Numbered from the stretch's first letter, positions 18,464-28,828 are shown. The stretch is DNA of 64,000 nucleotides from an uncultured delta proteobacterium (GCA_963789835.1 CAWBMF010000011.1:9814-73813); one strand, 5' to 3'. Notes: a model not told the origin generated them from the letters alone. Made by a program: numbers and translations.

Positions 18464-18950
18464 GCACCGCTGTTTGAACGGCGCGCCGCATTGCTCGCAG
18501 AACTTGAGCCCTTCCGGATTGTCAGACTTGCAGTTTGAACAGTGTATGAGACTCTATCCCCTTTTCTGACTATTTCTCCGTCCGGCGACAGCAAACTTCC
18601 CCTTGCGTACTCTAACGCTCCTAACGCAATACTTCGAAGCCCTGTAAGCCCACCGGCGCTATCGTTCTACGCATATGGCCTTCGTAAAGCGAATCGCCAG
18701 TGCGGATGCCAAGTATCGCGGCTAGACGGTCCAATTCGTGGACACGAACCCAAGACAATGGTGAAAACGACCGGAGTCGAGACCGCTTGATCGCTCCGAC
18801 TTGACCTTAATCTCGAGGGGGTTCTCCGCATAGTCCACAGAACTTTGCGATGTGGTCGGTCGGCGCTCCGAAGTCACATTTAAACTCGCTACACTTGCGA
18901 GCACCCAGAGGAGGGAGATCGAATTCGTATCTCGGTCGAAAGCCCGAGAA

Positions 18951-20297
18951 TCAATGATCGGTCGCATTTGACCGTGAGTTGACGTCGACAAGGTTGCCGA
19001 TCCCTTCGTCGGCGGCTTGCGCGGCCACAGCTCCGCCATAGTTGGTCGCGATGAGGACAGCGAAGTCCTTGTTGGGTGCGATCCACACGATGCAATACCA
19101 TGTCGTGTTCGAACCGGCATGAGTAAGCGCGAGGCCGCCGGCCCACGGACGCTGCGTGACGGTCCAGCCCCCCGCGTAGTCTTGCCCCGGCATCGGAGTC
19201 GTCAACTGTTTGAAGGTTTCGGGGGATACCAGTGTCGGTTGACCCTGAGCGGCGCGAAGGTCCTCCGCGACAAACCTGGACCAATCGCCGATGGAGCAGT
19301 GGACGGTGCCGGCCGGTCCCAGCACCGGCGCATTGTCGATCTTCGTCGGCTTTAATTTGCCGTTCTCATCGAGGTGCCCCCACGGTTGATCCACTTGGCC
19401 CGGCGTGCCGGGCGCGCCGAAACCCGCGCTTGTCATTTCAAGCGGACGAAAGATTTGCCGCTCGATGATCTCTTCCCAGGATTTGCCGGTCTTCGTTTCG
19501 ATGATTGCTCCAAGTACTACGTAACTGACGTTCGAGTACGAAAATTTTCCGATCGCTGTAGCCGGCGGCGCTGACAGCGCTTGCTCGACCGCCTTGCGAC
19601 GTTGCGCTGGAAGGGGCAGATGGGTCGCATCGAGGGCCCACCAGTCCAGATTGGGCAGAAGCCCCGCGTCATGATCCAGTAGTTCGCGAACAGTCACCTT
19701 GGCCATCGCAGGATCCATTTTTGCCGCTAGGTCCGGAAAAATATCTGCCATCGTCGTATCGAAGCTGAGCTGACGCTGGTCGATCAGTTGACCGATGAGG
19801 ATCGCAGTCATCGCCTTTGTATCGGAGCCCAAATGGATCTCATCGGTATCCAGAAAAGAAGCCGGATCGCCGGCCTTGCGAACCCCCGTGCTGCCGAGCG
19901 CGACAATTTGATCGCCGTGAAGAATTGCGCCGACGACCCCCGGAAGTTTGTATTTCTCAGCCAGTGCTCCAAGCGTAGGGGCAAGATCGCGCGGCGGGGT
20001 GGATGCCTCGGCGCCAAGGAGCAGCGGGAGGATCATGATCAGCACCATTCCACTGGCGAAAGTGATCGTGGCAGTGCTGCCAGATCCACTCCTGGCGACG
20101 TTTGATGTCCTCATGAAGACACGGATTCGGTCGACGATCGGTATCGCCGTTGTCGCCATCGACCCGTCGATGTACGCGCCAACTTTCAGGAGTATTTCAA
20201 TCATAGCGTCGGCGGGATGGGCGGCGGCATCATAACCGAAATCCTGATCGAAATTGAGTCGGCCGACTTTTTGAGTCTCCACATTTGATTCAGGCAT
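18951..20297 (-). CDS. secreted beta-lactamase/transpeptidase-fold serine hydrolase
   Basis: SxxK motif 'LGSDTKAMTAIL'; an internal signal peptide 'MVLIMILPLLLGAEA' suggests the true start is near 20048, and the N-terminal 83 aa of the ORF are probably not translated. Confidence 0.7.
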   Translation of the reverse strand: MPESNVETQKVGRLNFDQDFGYDAAAHPADAMIEILLKVGAYIDGSMATTAIPIVDRIRVFMRTSNVARSGSGSTATITFASGMVLIMILPLLLGAEASTPPRDLAPTLGALAEKYKLPGVVGAILHGDQIVALGSTGVRKAGDPASFLDTDEIHLGSDTKAMTAILIGQLIDQRQLSFDTTMADIFPDLAAKMDPAMAKVTVRELLDHDAGLLPNLDWWALDATHLPLPAQRRKAVEQALSAPPATAIGKFSYSNVSYVVLGAIIETKTGKSWEEIIERQIFRPLEMTSAGFGAPGTPGQVDQPWGHLDENGKLKPTKIDNAPVLGPAGTVHCSIGDWSRFVAEDLRAAQGQPTLVSPETFKQLTTPMPGQDYAGGWTVTQRPWAGGLALTHAGSNTTWYCIVWIAPNKDFAVLIATNYGGAVAAQAADEGIGNLVDVNSRSNATDH

Positions 20298-20601
20298 CCG
20301 TTCTTTGAGACGCGCAAACTTGTGCGTCTGTTATCCCCTTCGGTGGTCTGCAGGATTTCGACCGCGACCCGTGTAGTCGCCTTGTAGAACCGTACGGCGG
20401 CCGCCGGTATTGGATCAATGGTGCGAGGGCGTTTGTTGTGATATGCCGCGAAGCGCCAGCCTGCTGCGAGGTCAAGCAAAACGTGCCCGACCCTCGCGGC
20501 CACATTTTTCAGATCAGCCCGAGCTTCATCGACGCGTTCCAGTTGCGACTGTGGCGGAATTTCTTCGGTCTCAAAACCGAAATCGAAAATTGTGGGCAGT
20601 A

Positions 20602-20702
20602 AGTGGGCACTCTATCGGGGCTGAGATTGCGCGGATCGCCGTAAGTACCTAATAAATAAGGGCGGAGGAGGAAGGGGCCCGGTGGCCCCACCGGTCTTCA
20701 AA
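20602..20702. repeat. ~100-bp direct repeat that includes a 5'-half pseudo-copy of tRNA-Sec (20661-20702) plus about 59 bp of its upstream region; partner at 28829-28929
   Basis: 'agtgggcactct...gagattgcgc.gatcgccgtaagtacctaataaa.aagggcggaggaggaaggggcccggtggccccaccggtcttcaaa' is shared with the selC locus and then diverges exactly inside the anticodon loop. Confidence 0.75.
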
Positions 20703-20746
20703 TCCCCTTGCACGCGTTGAGCGATTGATCGGGACCGTTGCGACAA

Positions 20747-21031
20747 TCAGTGCGTACTCGGGGATAGTTTGGCTGCGACTGCGACCTCGGTCGATGAGTC
20801 GCTATGTCCTTCTGCTGATTGCTGGAGTTGTATTCCATTTTTCTGGAGCTGAGATTTATTCTCGTTCCAGCCCGGAATTGGCGTCGGGTCTGCTGGAGTC
20901 GGCGGAATGTAAAGGCAGGCGGAGGTTCCGATCGCCAGCAGGAGCAACGCTGCGACCGCTGCGAACGAAAATACTTTTCTGCGGCATGTTGACGCTATTC
21001 CGCGGAGAGAAATCAACCCGTATTTCGCCAT
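20747..21031 (-). CDS. small secreted protein or lipoprotein
   Basis: Start chosen at the ATG preceded by an AAGGGG Shine-Dalgarno; signal peptide 'MAKYGLISLRGIASTCRRKVFSFAAVAALLLLAIGTSAC'; no recognisable family. Confidence 0.35.
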   Translation of the reverse strand: MAKYGLISLRGIASTCRRKVFSFAAVAALLLLAIGTSACLYIPPTPADPTPIPGWNENKSQLQKNGIQLQQSAEGHSDSSTEVAVAAKLSPSTH

Positions 21032-21439
21032 CGTCTTACCCCTTTGAGAATCACGCACCTCACGAGACATCTCTCGCGATCGGGTCCATTTCCCTTTCCT
21101 GACCGTCGTTTTTCGGCCAAAATTAGCCAACAAAGGTGACCCTACTTTTTGTAGGCTCACTATACTTATAGATTCATTGCGGATCTGTGTAAAGACCGCC
21201 CAGACGCTCAATTGGCCCCGAATACCTATTCTCGAGTTAAGCGTTTTTGGGGCGAATTGCCGATTTCTGCAGGATGTAACCGGAATTGTCGGGCCGGTAC
21301 TGAGCGCGACGTTCTAAGTGCTCAATGGATCGTGTGATCGGAGCCGACTGTCAGGCTCACGCATCTATAGGCCAAACTTTTCTCCGGCTTTGAGCTAGCT
21401 AGATCTACGGGCCGGCGCCGGGACAATCGGAGTTGGCGA

Positions 21440-22273
21440 TCAAGAGCGTTTTTCGAAAATTCGCGCGTAAGTTTTTTGCGTGGCGGCGGCCTGATCCTGC
21501 GCCTTCTTCCGTTCCTCCGGCGTTGCCATTTCCGCGATCATTTTGCGCTCAAGAGCAAGGGCATCTTTCAGCGGCAATTCGACGCCGCGATTAATCAACT
21601 GTTTTGCGGTCTTGAGCGCATAGGCAGCTCGCTCGAGATAGACGCCGGCCATCTTCTCGCACTCTTTTATCAAATCCGCTGCCGGCGTCACGCGATTCAC
21701 CAGCCCCACTCGGAACGCTTCTTCCGGCGTCCATGGAAGTCCGCTGAAAATCATCTCCTTCGCAATGCCGGTGCCGACCAGGCGTGGAAGTCGCTGCGTT
21801 CCTCCGCCGGCCGGCAGGGCGCCGAACCGAATTTCCGGGAGACCTATCGTCGCAGTATCTGAAATAACCCTGATGTCGCATGCGAGCGCGATTTCGCAGC
21901 CACCGCCCATCGCGGCGCCATTGATCGCGGCAATCACCGGGACTCGAGATTCCTCGAGCGCACTAAAGATGTCGCGCCGTGGTGTCACAAAGTCTCCGCC
22001 GCCCTGTCGTTCAGAGCCGCTCGAGGCCCGCTGCTGGGCGCGCTCCGCGAAATCACGTAAGTCGGCGCCGCCACAGAAATGCTTCCCCGCTCCCGTTAGG
22101 ATGACGACTCGATACTCCGGATCAGCTTCGACTTGTTCCATCGCACTGACTACATCGTGCATGAGTTGAAGGCTGATGGTATTCGCGCGGTCGGGGCGAT
22201 TCAGCGTCAGGTAGCCGATTCCGTCTTTGCGATCGAGAATTATCGTCTCGTATTTCATACTGCTCTCCATCAT
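21440..22273 (-). CDS. enoyl-CoA hydratase/isomerase (crotonase) family protein
   Basis: 'GIGYLTLNRPDRANTI...VVILTGAGKHFCGGADL...AAINGAAMGGGCEIALACDIRV' crotonase fold. Confidence 0.85.
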   Translation of the reverse strand: MMESSMKYETIILDRKDGIGYLTLNRPDRANTISLQLMHDVVSAMEQVEADPEYRVVILTGAGKHFCGGADLRDFAERAQQRASSGSERQGGGDFVTPRRDIFSALEESRVPVIAAINGAAMGGGCEIALACDIRVISDTATIGLPEIRFGALPAGGGTQRLPRLVGTGIAKEMIFSGLPWTPEEAFRVGLVNRVTPAADLIKECEKMAGVYLERAAYALKTAKQLINRGVELPLKDALALERKMIAEMATPEERKKAQDQAAATQKTYARIFEKRS

Positions 22274-22276
22274 CGA

Positions 22277-23068
22277 CTACATTGCGAACGAATAGCCGCC
22301 GTTAACCGGAATTGTCTGTCCTGTGATCCAGCTCGACGCATCGGAGCTTAGAAACAAAATCATGTTGGCCGCATCTTCCGGCTCGCCGATGCGCTTGATC
22401 TGGTAGACCTTTAACATTCGCTTGATCGTTTCAGGATCCGATGTGGCGCGCTCGATAGCCGGCGTGCGCGTCGCACCAAGTGCGACACAATTCGCCGTGA
22501 TTCCTGCGCGGCCGAGATCCTTGGCGACCGCTCGCATGAAGCCCGCAGCACCCGCCTTGGCCCCCGAGTAAATCTCCAGATGAGGCTCGCCGACCCGGCC
22601 GGCATCCGAGATTACAGTCACGATCTTGCCATACTTGTTGGCAATCATTCCTGGCCCCGCGATTCGCACGCAGTTCAGCACGCCAAAAAGATTGGTGCCG
22701 AGAAACGGCTCCCAGTCCTTCGGCTCCTGCTCCCAGAAGGGTTTGCGCGCGACGGCGCTCGGATCGGCGCCGGCGTTGCCCGCGTTATTCACGAGAATAT
22801 CGACTTTGCCGAAAGTCGCGCGCGCTTTTTCAAACATCGCGGTGACCGACGCAAAGCTGGTCACGTCGCATTGCGCCGCGATCGCTTTGACGCCCATTTT
22901 TTCCACTTCGGCGGCGACGGCCTCAGCGCGCTCGAGACGGAAATCGTTGACGACCACGCCGCCCGCATTGTTCTCGGCGAAGCGAAGCGCGACCGCGCGT
23001 CCCACGCCTTGCCCGGCGCCGGTCACCAGGCCGACGCGTCCTTTGAGATCGAGGATGTTACTGCTCAA
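22277..23068 (-). CDS. short-chain dehydrogenase/reductase (SDR)
   Basis: 'GRVGLVTGAGQGVGRA' Rossmann motif; 'NNAG' and a YxxxK region; 263 aa. Confidence 0.85.
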   Translation of the reverse strand: MSSNILDLKGRVGLVTGAGQGVGRAVALRFAENNAGGVVVNDFRLERAEAVAAEVEKMGVKAIAAQCDVTSFASVTAMFEKARATFGKVDILVNNAGNAGADPSAVARKPFWEQEPKDWEPFLGTNLFGVLNCVRIAGPGMIANKYGKIVTVISDAGRVGEPHLEIYSGAKAGAAGFMRAVAKDLGRAGITANCVALGATRTPAIERATSDPETIKRMLKVYQIKRIGEPEDAANMILFLSSDASSWITGQTIPVNGGYSFAM

Positions 23069-23086
23069 GTGCGTTCCTCCAGATGA

Positions 23087-24295
23087 TTAGGCGAGTATTC
23101 CCGCCTCACTTAATTGCGCGATCTCCTTGTCCGACATTCCCAGGACCGTCGACAGCACCTCGTTGGTCTGCTCGCCGATTCGCGGCCCACGCCGAGTCGG
23201 CGCAAGCGATGTTCGATCGAGCGAGAACCGCGGGCCCTCGATTTCCGCTTCTCCGAAAACCGGATCATTGATCTGGTTGAGATGACCCGCGTCGCGAAGA
23301 TCGACATCGCGCGCGAGATCACTGCCATGGCTCACGACATGCGCCGGCACTCCTGCCGCTTGCAGGCGATCCTCGACCGCCGCGGCCTCCTGCTCACGCG
23401 TCCAGGTCGCGATCGCCGCCTCCAGCTCATCGCGATTGCGCAGCCGTCCGACAATAGTGCCGAACTTCGCATCGCGCAGTTCCACGATCACCGCGCGAAG
23501 TGCGTCCCAATGAGTTGACGCCGACGCGTCGATCGCAATCCATCGATCCTCACCGCGGCATGGATACAAACCCTGCGGCACGTGCAGCGGCGATCCGGCG
23601 ACGCCGCGGCGTTCCGGAATCGTGCCGTTCGCGGCGTACTCGTAGTATGCAGGCATCATGAACTGGATCCCCGCTTCGGCCTGCGCAGTATCGATGTAAC
23701 ATCCGTGGCCAGTAACCGACCGGCGATGGAGCGCCGCCAGGATGCTCGCGACAATAAACCGCGGCGTCACCGCGTCGGTCCACGGACCAAACGGTCCGGC
23801 CGGCTCGCGATCGGGCCATCCGATTTGATAGGTCGCGCCCGACATCGCCGCGCCCATCGTGCCCACGCCGCTGGTGCCCTTTGCATACGGTCCCGTTTGT
23901 CCGAGCAGGCTGGTCGACGCCATGATGATCCGATCATTGCGCTGCTTCAGATCCGAATATCCGAGCTGAAGCGTTTCCAGCACGCCGGGCGTGAAGCTCT
24001 CCAGCACGACGTCCGCCCATTTCGCGAGCCGCAAAATGATCTCGCGGCCCTCCGGCCGGCGGATATCGATCGCGATACATCGCTTGCCCGCGTTGAGATT
24101 GTGATAGCTGACCGAGCGTTCGGGCCCCGTCTTACCGTCCTTGAACGGACCGAGCGTGCGCACCGGATCGATGCGCTTGGAGCTTTCGACCTTGATAACG
24201 TCTGCGCCCATGTCGGCGAGATAGCGGCCGCTGGCCGGCCCGACCATGACCCAGCTCAAATCGAGCACGTTGATGCCATCGAGCGGTGCCGACAT
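23087..24295 (-). CDS. family III CoA-transferase (CaiB/BaiF family)
   Basis: 'GINVLDLSWVMVGPASGRYLADMGADVIKVE'; start placed at 'MSAPLDG', where its ATG overlaps the upstream gene's stop codon (ATGA), not at the 60-aa N-terminal ORF extension. Confidence 0.8.
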   Translation of the reverse strand: MSAPLDGINVLDLSWVMVGPASGRYLADMGADVIKVESSKRIDPVRTLGPFKDGKTGPERSVSYHNLNAGKRCIAIDIRRPEGREIILRLAKWADVVLESFTPGVLETLQLGYSDLKQRNDRIIMASTSLLGQTGPYAKGTSGVGTMGAAMSGATYQIGWPDREPAGPFGPWTDAVTPRFIVASILAALHRRSVTGHGCYIDTAQAEAGIQFMMPAYYEYAANGTIPERRGVAGSPLHVPQGLYPCRGEDRWIAIDASASTHWDALRAVIVELRDAKFGTIVGRLRNRDELEAAIATWTREQEAAAVEDRLQAAGVPAHVVSHGSDLARDVDLRDAGHLNQINDPVFGEAEIEGPRFSLDRTSLAPTRRGPRIGEQTNEVLSTVLGMSDKEIAQLSEAGILA

Positions 24296-24296
24296 C

Positions 24297-25520
24297 CTAG
24301 ATTGCTCCTGCGACGAACAGCGCCTGGATTTCAGTTTTCGAAAGTCCGAGTTCCGCTCCAAAAATCTCGGCGGAGTGTTCGGACAACTTCGGCGCTGGCC
24401 GCTTAATCTCGATCGAGTAGTTCGAGAATTGTGCAAAGCGCGCGGGCGTATCGATCTCGCGACCCGCATCGACACTCACCGGCGCGAAAAGCCCACGCTC
24501 GCGATACTGAACATATTCGGCGACGTCCTTCATGTGCATCACGGGCGATGAGAGCAGTCCGAGCCGACGCGACGCCTCGGCGAGATCAGCCTTACTCTTC
24601 GATCGCGCGAGCGACTTGAGTCCGTCGACCAGCGCTTGCAGATCCGATGGCGATACTTTTCGCGAGGACAGGTCGCCGATGAACGACGGCCAGTTGATCT
24701 CTGCGATTCTGTTGTCCGCGTGCCCCTCTTCGGCCGCCCACTTCGCAAGCCGCTGCGTCATCTGCCCGAACACGGGGCCGAAGCCGATCGTAATCAGCGT
24801 GTATCCATCCGCGCATTCGTACACGCTCGGAACTTGCACTCCTGCGATCGTCATCGCGCCTTGCGAGCGTTTGCCCTCCGGATTTCCTGAACCCGGAACC
24901 AGCGCCTGGCCGAATGAACCCATCATCGCCGCGATTCTCGCCGACACCTCAGCCCGCTGCCCGACTCCATCGCGGTCGCGTGCGATAAGTCCTGCGAGCG
25001 CCGCGATCGCGGCGTCAGCACCAGCCTCCATCATTGCTTGCGGCACCGGAAAAAAAAGTGGCGGGCGATCGAGATCTCCGGTCATCGCCGGCGCACCGCT
25101 CGCTGCCATCACGGTGAAATCGGTCGCAGCGTATTCGGTCTTTGGGCCCGTGCGAACGAACGGAGCGATCGTGCATCTGATCGTTCGAGGTGAAAATTCA
25201 ATTGAGTCCAGCGGCGAGGTTCTGCGCGAACTTGCTGCTTCGATTACTACGTCGAACTTGGTGGTGAGGTCTCGCATCATCGCCTTTCCATCTGGCGATG
25301 AAAGATCAAGCGTGACTCCGCGTTTGTTGTAGTTCAGCGCGTGCCAGGTGAGGCTCCGCTCGATTCCGGGAATGTCGTCGAGGAAGGGCGCAAGTCGCCG
25401 ACCCGGAGATCCAGCAGGCGGCTCGACAACGACAACGTCTGCACCGAGATCCGCGAGAATCCGCCCCGCAAGCATCGTCTCCGGCGCGGAGACCTCCAGC
25501 ACCCGAACGTCATTGAGCAT
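24297..25520 (-). CDS. family III CoA-transferase (second paralog)
   Basis: 'VRVLEVSAPETMLAGRILADLGADVVVVEPPAG'; 407 aa. Confidence 0.8.
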   Translation of the reverse strand: MLNDVRVLEVSAPETMLAGRILADLGADVVVVEPPAGSPGRRLAPFLDDIPGIERSLTWHALNYNKRGVTLDLSSPDGKAMMRDLTTKFDVVIEAASSRRTSPLDSIEFSPRTIRCTIAPFVRTGPKTEYAATDFTVMAASGAPAMTGDLDRPPLFFPVPQAMMEAGADAAIAALAGLIARDRDGVGQRAEVSARIAAMMGSFGQALVPGSGNPEGKRSQGAMTIAGVQVPSVYECADGYTLITIGFGPVFGQMTQRLAKWAAEEGHADNRIAEINWPSFIGDLSSRKVSPSDLQALVDGLKSLARSKSKADLAEASRRLGLLSSPVMHMKDVAEYVQYRERGLFAPVSVDAGREIDTPARFAQFSNYSIEIKRPAPKLSEHSAEIFGAELGLSKTEIQALFVAGAI

Positions 25521-26154
25521 GCGCCGGCCTCAGGCTTCGCTCGATACTTAAGAGCAACTCGCGACAGACTCGATCTGTATCGAAGGCTCGCGGCTTCATC
25601 AGATGCTGCACCACCAATCCTCGCAGCATTCCAACGAACAGGGCCGAGTACGCGGCAGGATCGACGTCACGGCGAATCTCTCCGAGCCGCACCCCTTCCT
25701 CGATCAACTTCTGCACCGATCTCCGAAATTTTCGGTCCGCTTCGGCCATCTCGCCTCGAATCTCGCGCAGCGGACCGAGCGCCTCGCCGATCAACACGTA
25801 CATCGCATTGCGATCGCTCGAAGCAGCCGCACGCAAATATGTTTCTGCCGTGACGAGCAGCGCTTCCATTCCGTGCCGCCCGGCCAGCGCCGGTTCCAGC
25901 ATTTTTGCAAAGTCGTGTTGCAGGCGTTCGGTCACCGCGCGTACCAGCGCTCCCTTCGATCCGAATCGATGGCTGACGAGTCCGTGGCTGTAGCCGGACA
26001 AGTCGCCGATTTCCACCAACGTCGTCCGGCTGCCGCCCTGCCGTTCGATCAGTTTGAATGCCGCGTCGAGCATCCGCTGATCGGAGAGCTCGCGTCGTTG
26101 CGCTTGTGTGCGGCGCCGGCGTGGCGTGCGCTTTGATTGAGCTGATACGGCCAT
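25510..26154 (-). CDS. TetR/AcrR family transcriptional regulator
   Basis: 'DQRMLDAAFKLIERQGGSRTTLVEIGDLSGYSHGLVSHRFGSKGALV' HTH; start taken at the internal Met 'MAVSAQ'; transcribed divergently from the DUF35-thiolase-NMO genes. Confidence 0.75.
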   Translation of the reverse strand: MAVSAQSKRTPRRRRTQAQRRELSDQRMLDAAFKLIERQGGSRTTLVEIGDLSGYSHGLVSHRFGSKGALVRAVTERLQHDFAKMLEPALAGRHGMEALLVTAETYLRAAASSDRNAMYVLIGEALGPLREIRGEMAEADRKFRRSVQKLIEEGVRLGEIRRDVDPAAYSALFVGMLRGLVVQHLMKPRAFDTDRVCRELLLSIERSLRPAHAQ

Positions 26155-26241
26155 CGAGCGGGACGATACATACTTGCTGGTCAGCATGCAAGTATTGACG
26201 GGCGCAAACAGTTCGTCGTATTCTCGCGCCCGGAGAAACTC

Positions 26242-26664
26242 ATGCCCAATCGAAAAGCCGTTCATCCCGAACTCTACTCGCCCGACTCCGCCGGCATTCC
26301 CTCTCTGACTGGCGGTAAGTGTCGCGCGTGCGGGTACGTCTTCTTCCCGTCGCAACGCTATGGATGCGAGTCATGCGGCGCACCGCCCGAAAATCTCGAG
26401 GCAGCGGAATTGAGCGGATGCGGCAGGCTTCATTCGTATGCAACCGTTCATCTCTATCAGGGCAAAGACATCGAGGCTCCATTCACCGTCGGCCTGATCG
26501 TCCTTGACGAAGGCCCTGCCATTCGATCGTTGCTGACCAGCCGCACTGATGATGGCCTTAGCATCGGCGATCGCATGAACAGCGTGCTGGTCGCGGCCGG
26601 TACCGACGCCGACGGCAACCAGATGGTCGAGTTGCGTTTTGCGCGGGCAGAGGCGGGCCGGTGA
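26242..26664 (+). CDS. Zn-ribbon + OB-fold protein (DUF35), the partner subunit of SCP-x-type thiolases
   Basis: 'GKCRACGYVFFPSQRYGCESCGA' rubredoxin-like Zn-ribbon followed by an OB-fold; located immediately upstream of the thiolase-like gene. Confidence 0.75.
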   Translation: MPNRKAVHPELYSPDSAGIPSLTGGKCRACGYVFFPSQRYGCESCGAPPENLEAAELSGCGRLHSYATVHLYQGKDIEAPFTVGLIVLDEGPAIRSLLTSRTDDGLSIGDRMNSVLVAAGTDADGNQMVELRFARAEAGR

Positions 26665-26668
26665 AAAG

Positions 26669-27820
26669 ATGAAAAAGAATCTTCGCGACATGCGCCCGGT
26701 CTACGTCGTCGGTATCGGCCTCCATCGCTATCAGCGGCTTAGCGAAACGCCGTACGTGACACTCGGTCTTACCGCGGTGCGCGAGGCTCTTGCCGATGCC
26801 GCCCTTAAATGGCGATCGGTCCAGTCGGCTTACACCGGGACGGCACTGATCGGGATGGCGGCGTCACGGCCGATGCTGCGTCATCTCGGCGCGACCGGGA
26901 TTCCGATGGCGCAGGTTGAGAACGCGTCCGCGTCCGGCTCGACCGCATTTCGCCAGGCGTGCATCGACGTCGCGAGCGGGTTGACCGATGTTTCACTCGC
27001 AGTCGGCGTGGACAAACCGGGACCGGTTGCGATGGCGCCCGGCAAGACCCGGATGCGCGACCTGGTCGGCTCTCGCGTGGTGCCGTTCACGCATTTCGCG
27101 CTGCTCACCCAGGAGTACATGACTCGGTATGGGGTGAGCGCGGAACAAGTTGCGCAGGTTGCCGTCAAGAACAATCGCAACGGCGCGAACAATCCCTATG
27201 CTCAGCGCCAAAAGGCCGTGACTCTCGACGAGGTGATGGCCGGTCCCGCGATTTCAGGATCGTTGACGCGCCTGCAATGCTGCCCTGTCGGCGAAGGCGC
27301 AGCGGCGGTGATCGTAGCGTCTGACGACGCGATCGCAGATCTCGGGATCGATCGCAATCGCGCAGTCAAAGTGATCGCGTCAGTTACGAAAACGGAACAA
27401 GTTTATCGCGACGCGAAGAATTTCGATGCCGAGCTTACTCGCGAGACGGTCGAGCAGGCATATCGCGAAGCCGGGATTGCACCCGGCGATCTCGATCTGA
27501 TGGAACTCCATGACGCGTTCACGATCGAAGAGCTGTTGTACACTGAGGCGATGGGTCTATGCGCTGCCGGCAACGCTGCGAGCGCAATCGCGGCGGGCGA
27601 ATTCGATATCGGTGGACGCTGCGCCGTAAGTGCGTCAGGCGGACTGCTCGCGATGGGCCATCCGATCGGTCCGACCGGTGCCGGGCAGATCGCCGAAATC
27701 ACGCGGCAGTTGCGTGGCGAGGCTGGCGTCCGCCAACAGCCCAATGCGAAGACGGGACTTGCTCACATGGTGGGCGTCGGCGCGGTTTGCGTCGTTCACA
27801 TTTTGCAGAAGGATGCGTGA
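26669..27820 (+). CDS. thiolase-like protein (SCP-x / nonspecific lipid-transfer-protein-type thiolase)
   Basis: 'VYVVGIGLHRYQR...GIPMAQVENASASGSTAFRQA...HMVGVGAVCVVHIL' condensing-enzyme fold; start at the 'MKKNL' Met. Confidence 0.8.
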   Translation: MKKNLRDMRPVYVVGIGLHRYQRLSETPYVTLGLTAVREALADAALKWRSVQSAYTGTALIGMAASRPMLRHLGATGIPMAQVENASASGSTAFRQACIDVASGLTDVSLAVGVDKPGPVAMAPGKTRMRDLVGSRVVPFTHFALLTQEYMTRYGVSAEQVAQVAVKNNRNGANNPYAQRQKAVTLDEVMAGPAISGSLTRLQCCPVGEGAAAVIVASDDAIADLGIDRNRAVKVIASVTKTEQVYRDAKNFDAELTRETVEQAYREAGIAPGDLDLMELHDAFTIEELLYTEAMGLCAAGNAASAIAAGEFDIGGRCAVSASGGLLAMGHPIGPTGAGQIAEITRQLRGEAGVRQQPNAKTGLAHMVGVGAVCVVHILQKDA

Positions 27821-27823
27821 GCG

Positions 27824-28813
27824 ATGCTGTCGAATCGTCTCCCGGATAAAATCGCGAAACGGCTGCGGCTGCCACTGATTGCGGCTCCAATGCTCTCGGT
27901 CTCCGGACCCGATCTCGCGATCGCAGCGTGCAAGGCTGGTGTGATCGGATCGTTTCCGCTTGCGAATGCTCGAACGGTCGATGGCGTCGAGGCATGGCTG
28001 AAGCAAATTGAAACTGAGCTGGCGCGAACGGCCGACGAAATTCCCGAGCACCCTCCCGCACCGTTCTGCCCCAACCTGATCATCAAGCGCGCGCAAATGC
28101 GCGACGAACTGCACGCGCTGGTGAAGCATCGAGTTGAGATGGTCATCACGAGCGTCGGCTCGCCGGTCGAAGCGATCGGACCACTGCACGACGTCGGATG
28201 CATCGTCTTTGCGGACGTCGCGACGCTTCACCATGCCGAGAGAGCGATGGCAGCCGGCGTCGATGGACTCATCCTGCTGACTGCAGGCGCGGGCGGACAG
28301 ACCGGATGGCTCAATCCGATTGCGTTCGTCCGTTCGGTGCGCGCGATGTTTGAGGGACCGATCGTGCTGGCCGGCGGAATCTCCGATGGCCACGCGCTGT
28401 GGGCTGCCGAGGTGCTCGGTTGCGATCTCGCCTACATGGGAACCAAGTTCATCGCGACGCATGAGAGTATGGCGCCGCCCGCGTACAAGAAGATGCTGGT
28501 TGAATCGGGCATGGACGACGTGATGCTCACGCAAGCGTTCACCGGCCTGGACACCAACATGTTGAAGCCTTCGATGGTTGCGGCAGGACTCGATCCGTCA
28601 ACCCTGCCGCCCCGCGTGTCGCATGAAGAGGCCGCGAAGAAGTTCGGCAGCATGGCCGTGGTCGAAGGCCCGCGCCGCTACAAAGACATCTGGAGCGCCG
28701 GCCATTCGATCTCGGGCGTGGACAGGATTCAAAGCGCGGCAGAACTCACAGACCGAACCCTCGCAGAATACCTGGCAGCGCGCGACCACACGGCCCGCCT
28801 CCTATCCAAGTGA
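27824..28813 (+). CDS. nitronate monooxygenase (NMO / 2-nitropropane dioxygenase-like, FMN-dependent)
   Basis: 'LPLIAAPMLSVSGPDLAIAACKAGVIGSFP...DGLILLTAGAGGQTGW...VLAGGISDG' NMO TIM-barrel motifs. Confidence 0.8.
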   Translation: MLSNRLPDKIAKRLRLPLIAAPMLSVSGPDLAIAACKAGVIGSFPLANARTVDGVEAWLKQIETELARTADEIPEHPPAPFCPNLIIKRAQMRDELHALVKHRVEMVITSVGSPVEAIGPLHDVGCIVFADVATLHHAERAMAAGVDGLILLTAGAGGQTGWLNPIAFVRSVRAMFEGPIVLAGGISDGHALWAAEVLGCDLAYMGTKFIATHESMAPPAYKKMLVESGMDDVMLTQAFTGLDTNMLKPSMVAAGLDPSTLPPRVSHEEAAKKFGSMAVVEGPRRYKDIWSAGHSISGVDRIQSAAELTDRTLAEYLAARDHTARLLSK

Positions 28814-28828
28814 GGCAGGCTGCACTCA

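Noticed and set aside
18464-18950. 490-bp gap between the cyclase/STAND gene and the serine hydrolase; checked for an ncRNA or tRNA
   Set aside because: No tRNA-like acceptor/T-loop signatures or obvious terminator hairpins were spotted by eye; it may hold promoters, but nothing supportable.
20725-21102. 125-aa + strand ORF opposite the small lipoprotein gene
   Set aside because: It is the mirror-frame partner of the 20747-21031 minus-strand ORF, which has a Shine-Dalgarno and a signal peptide. Only one can be real, and the minus-strand gene is better supported; both are low confidence.
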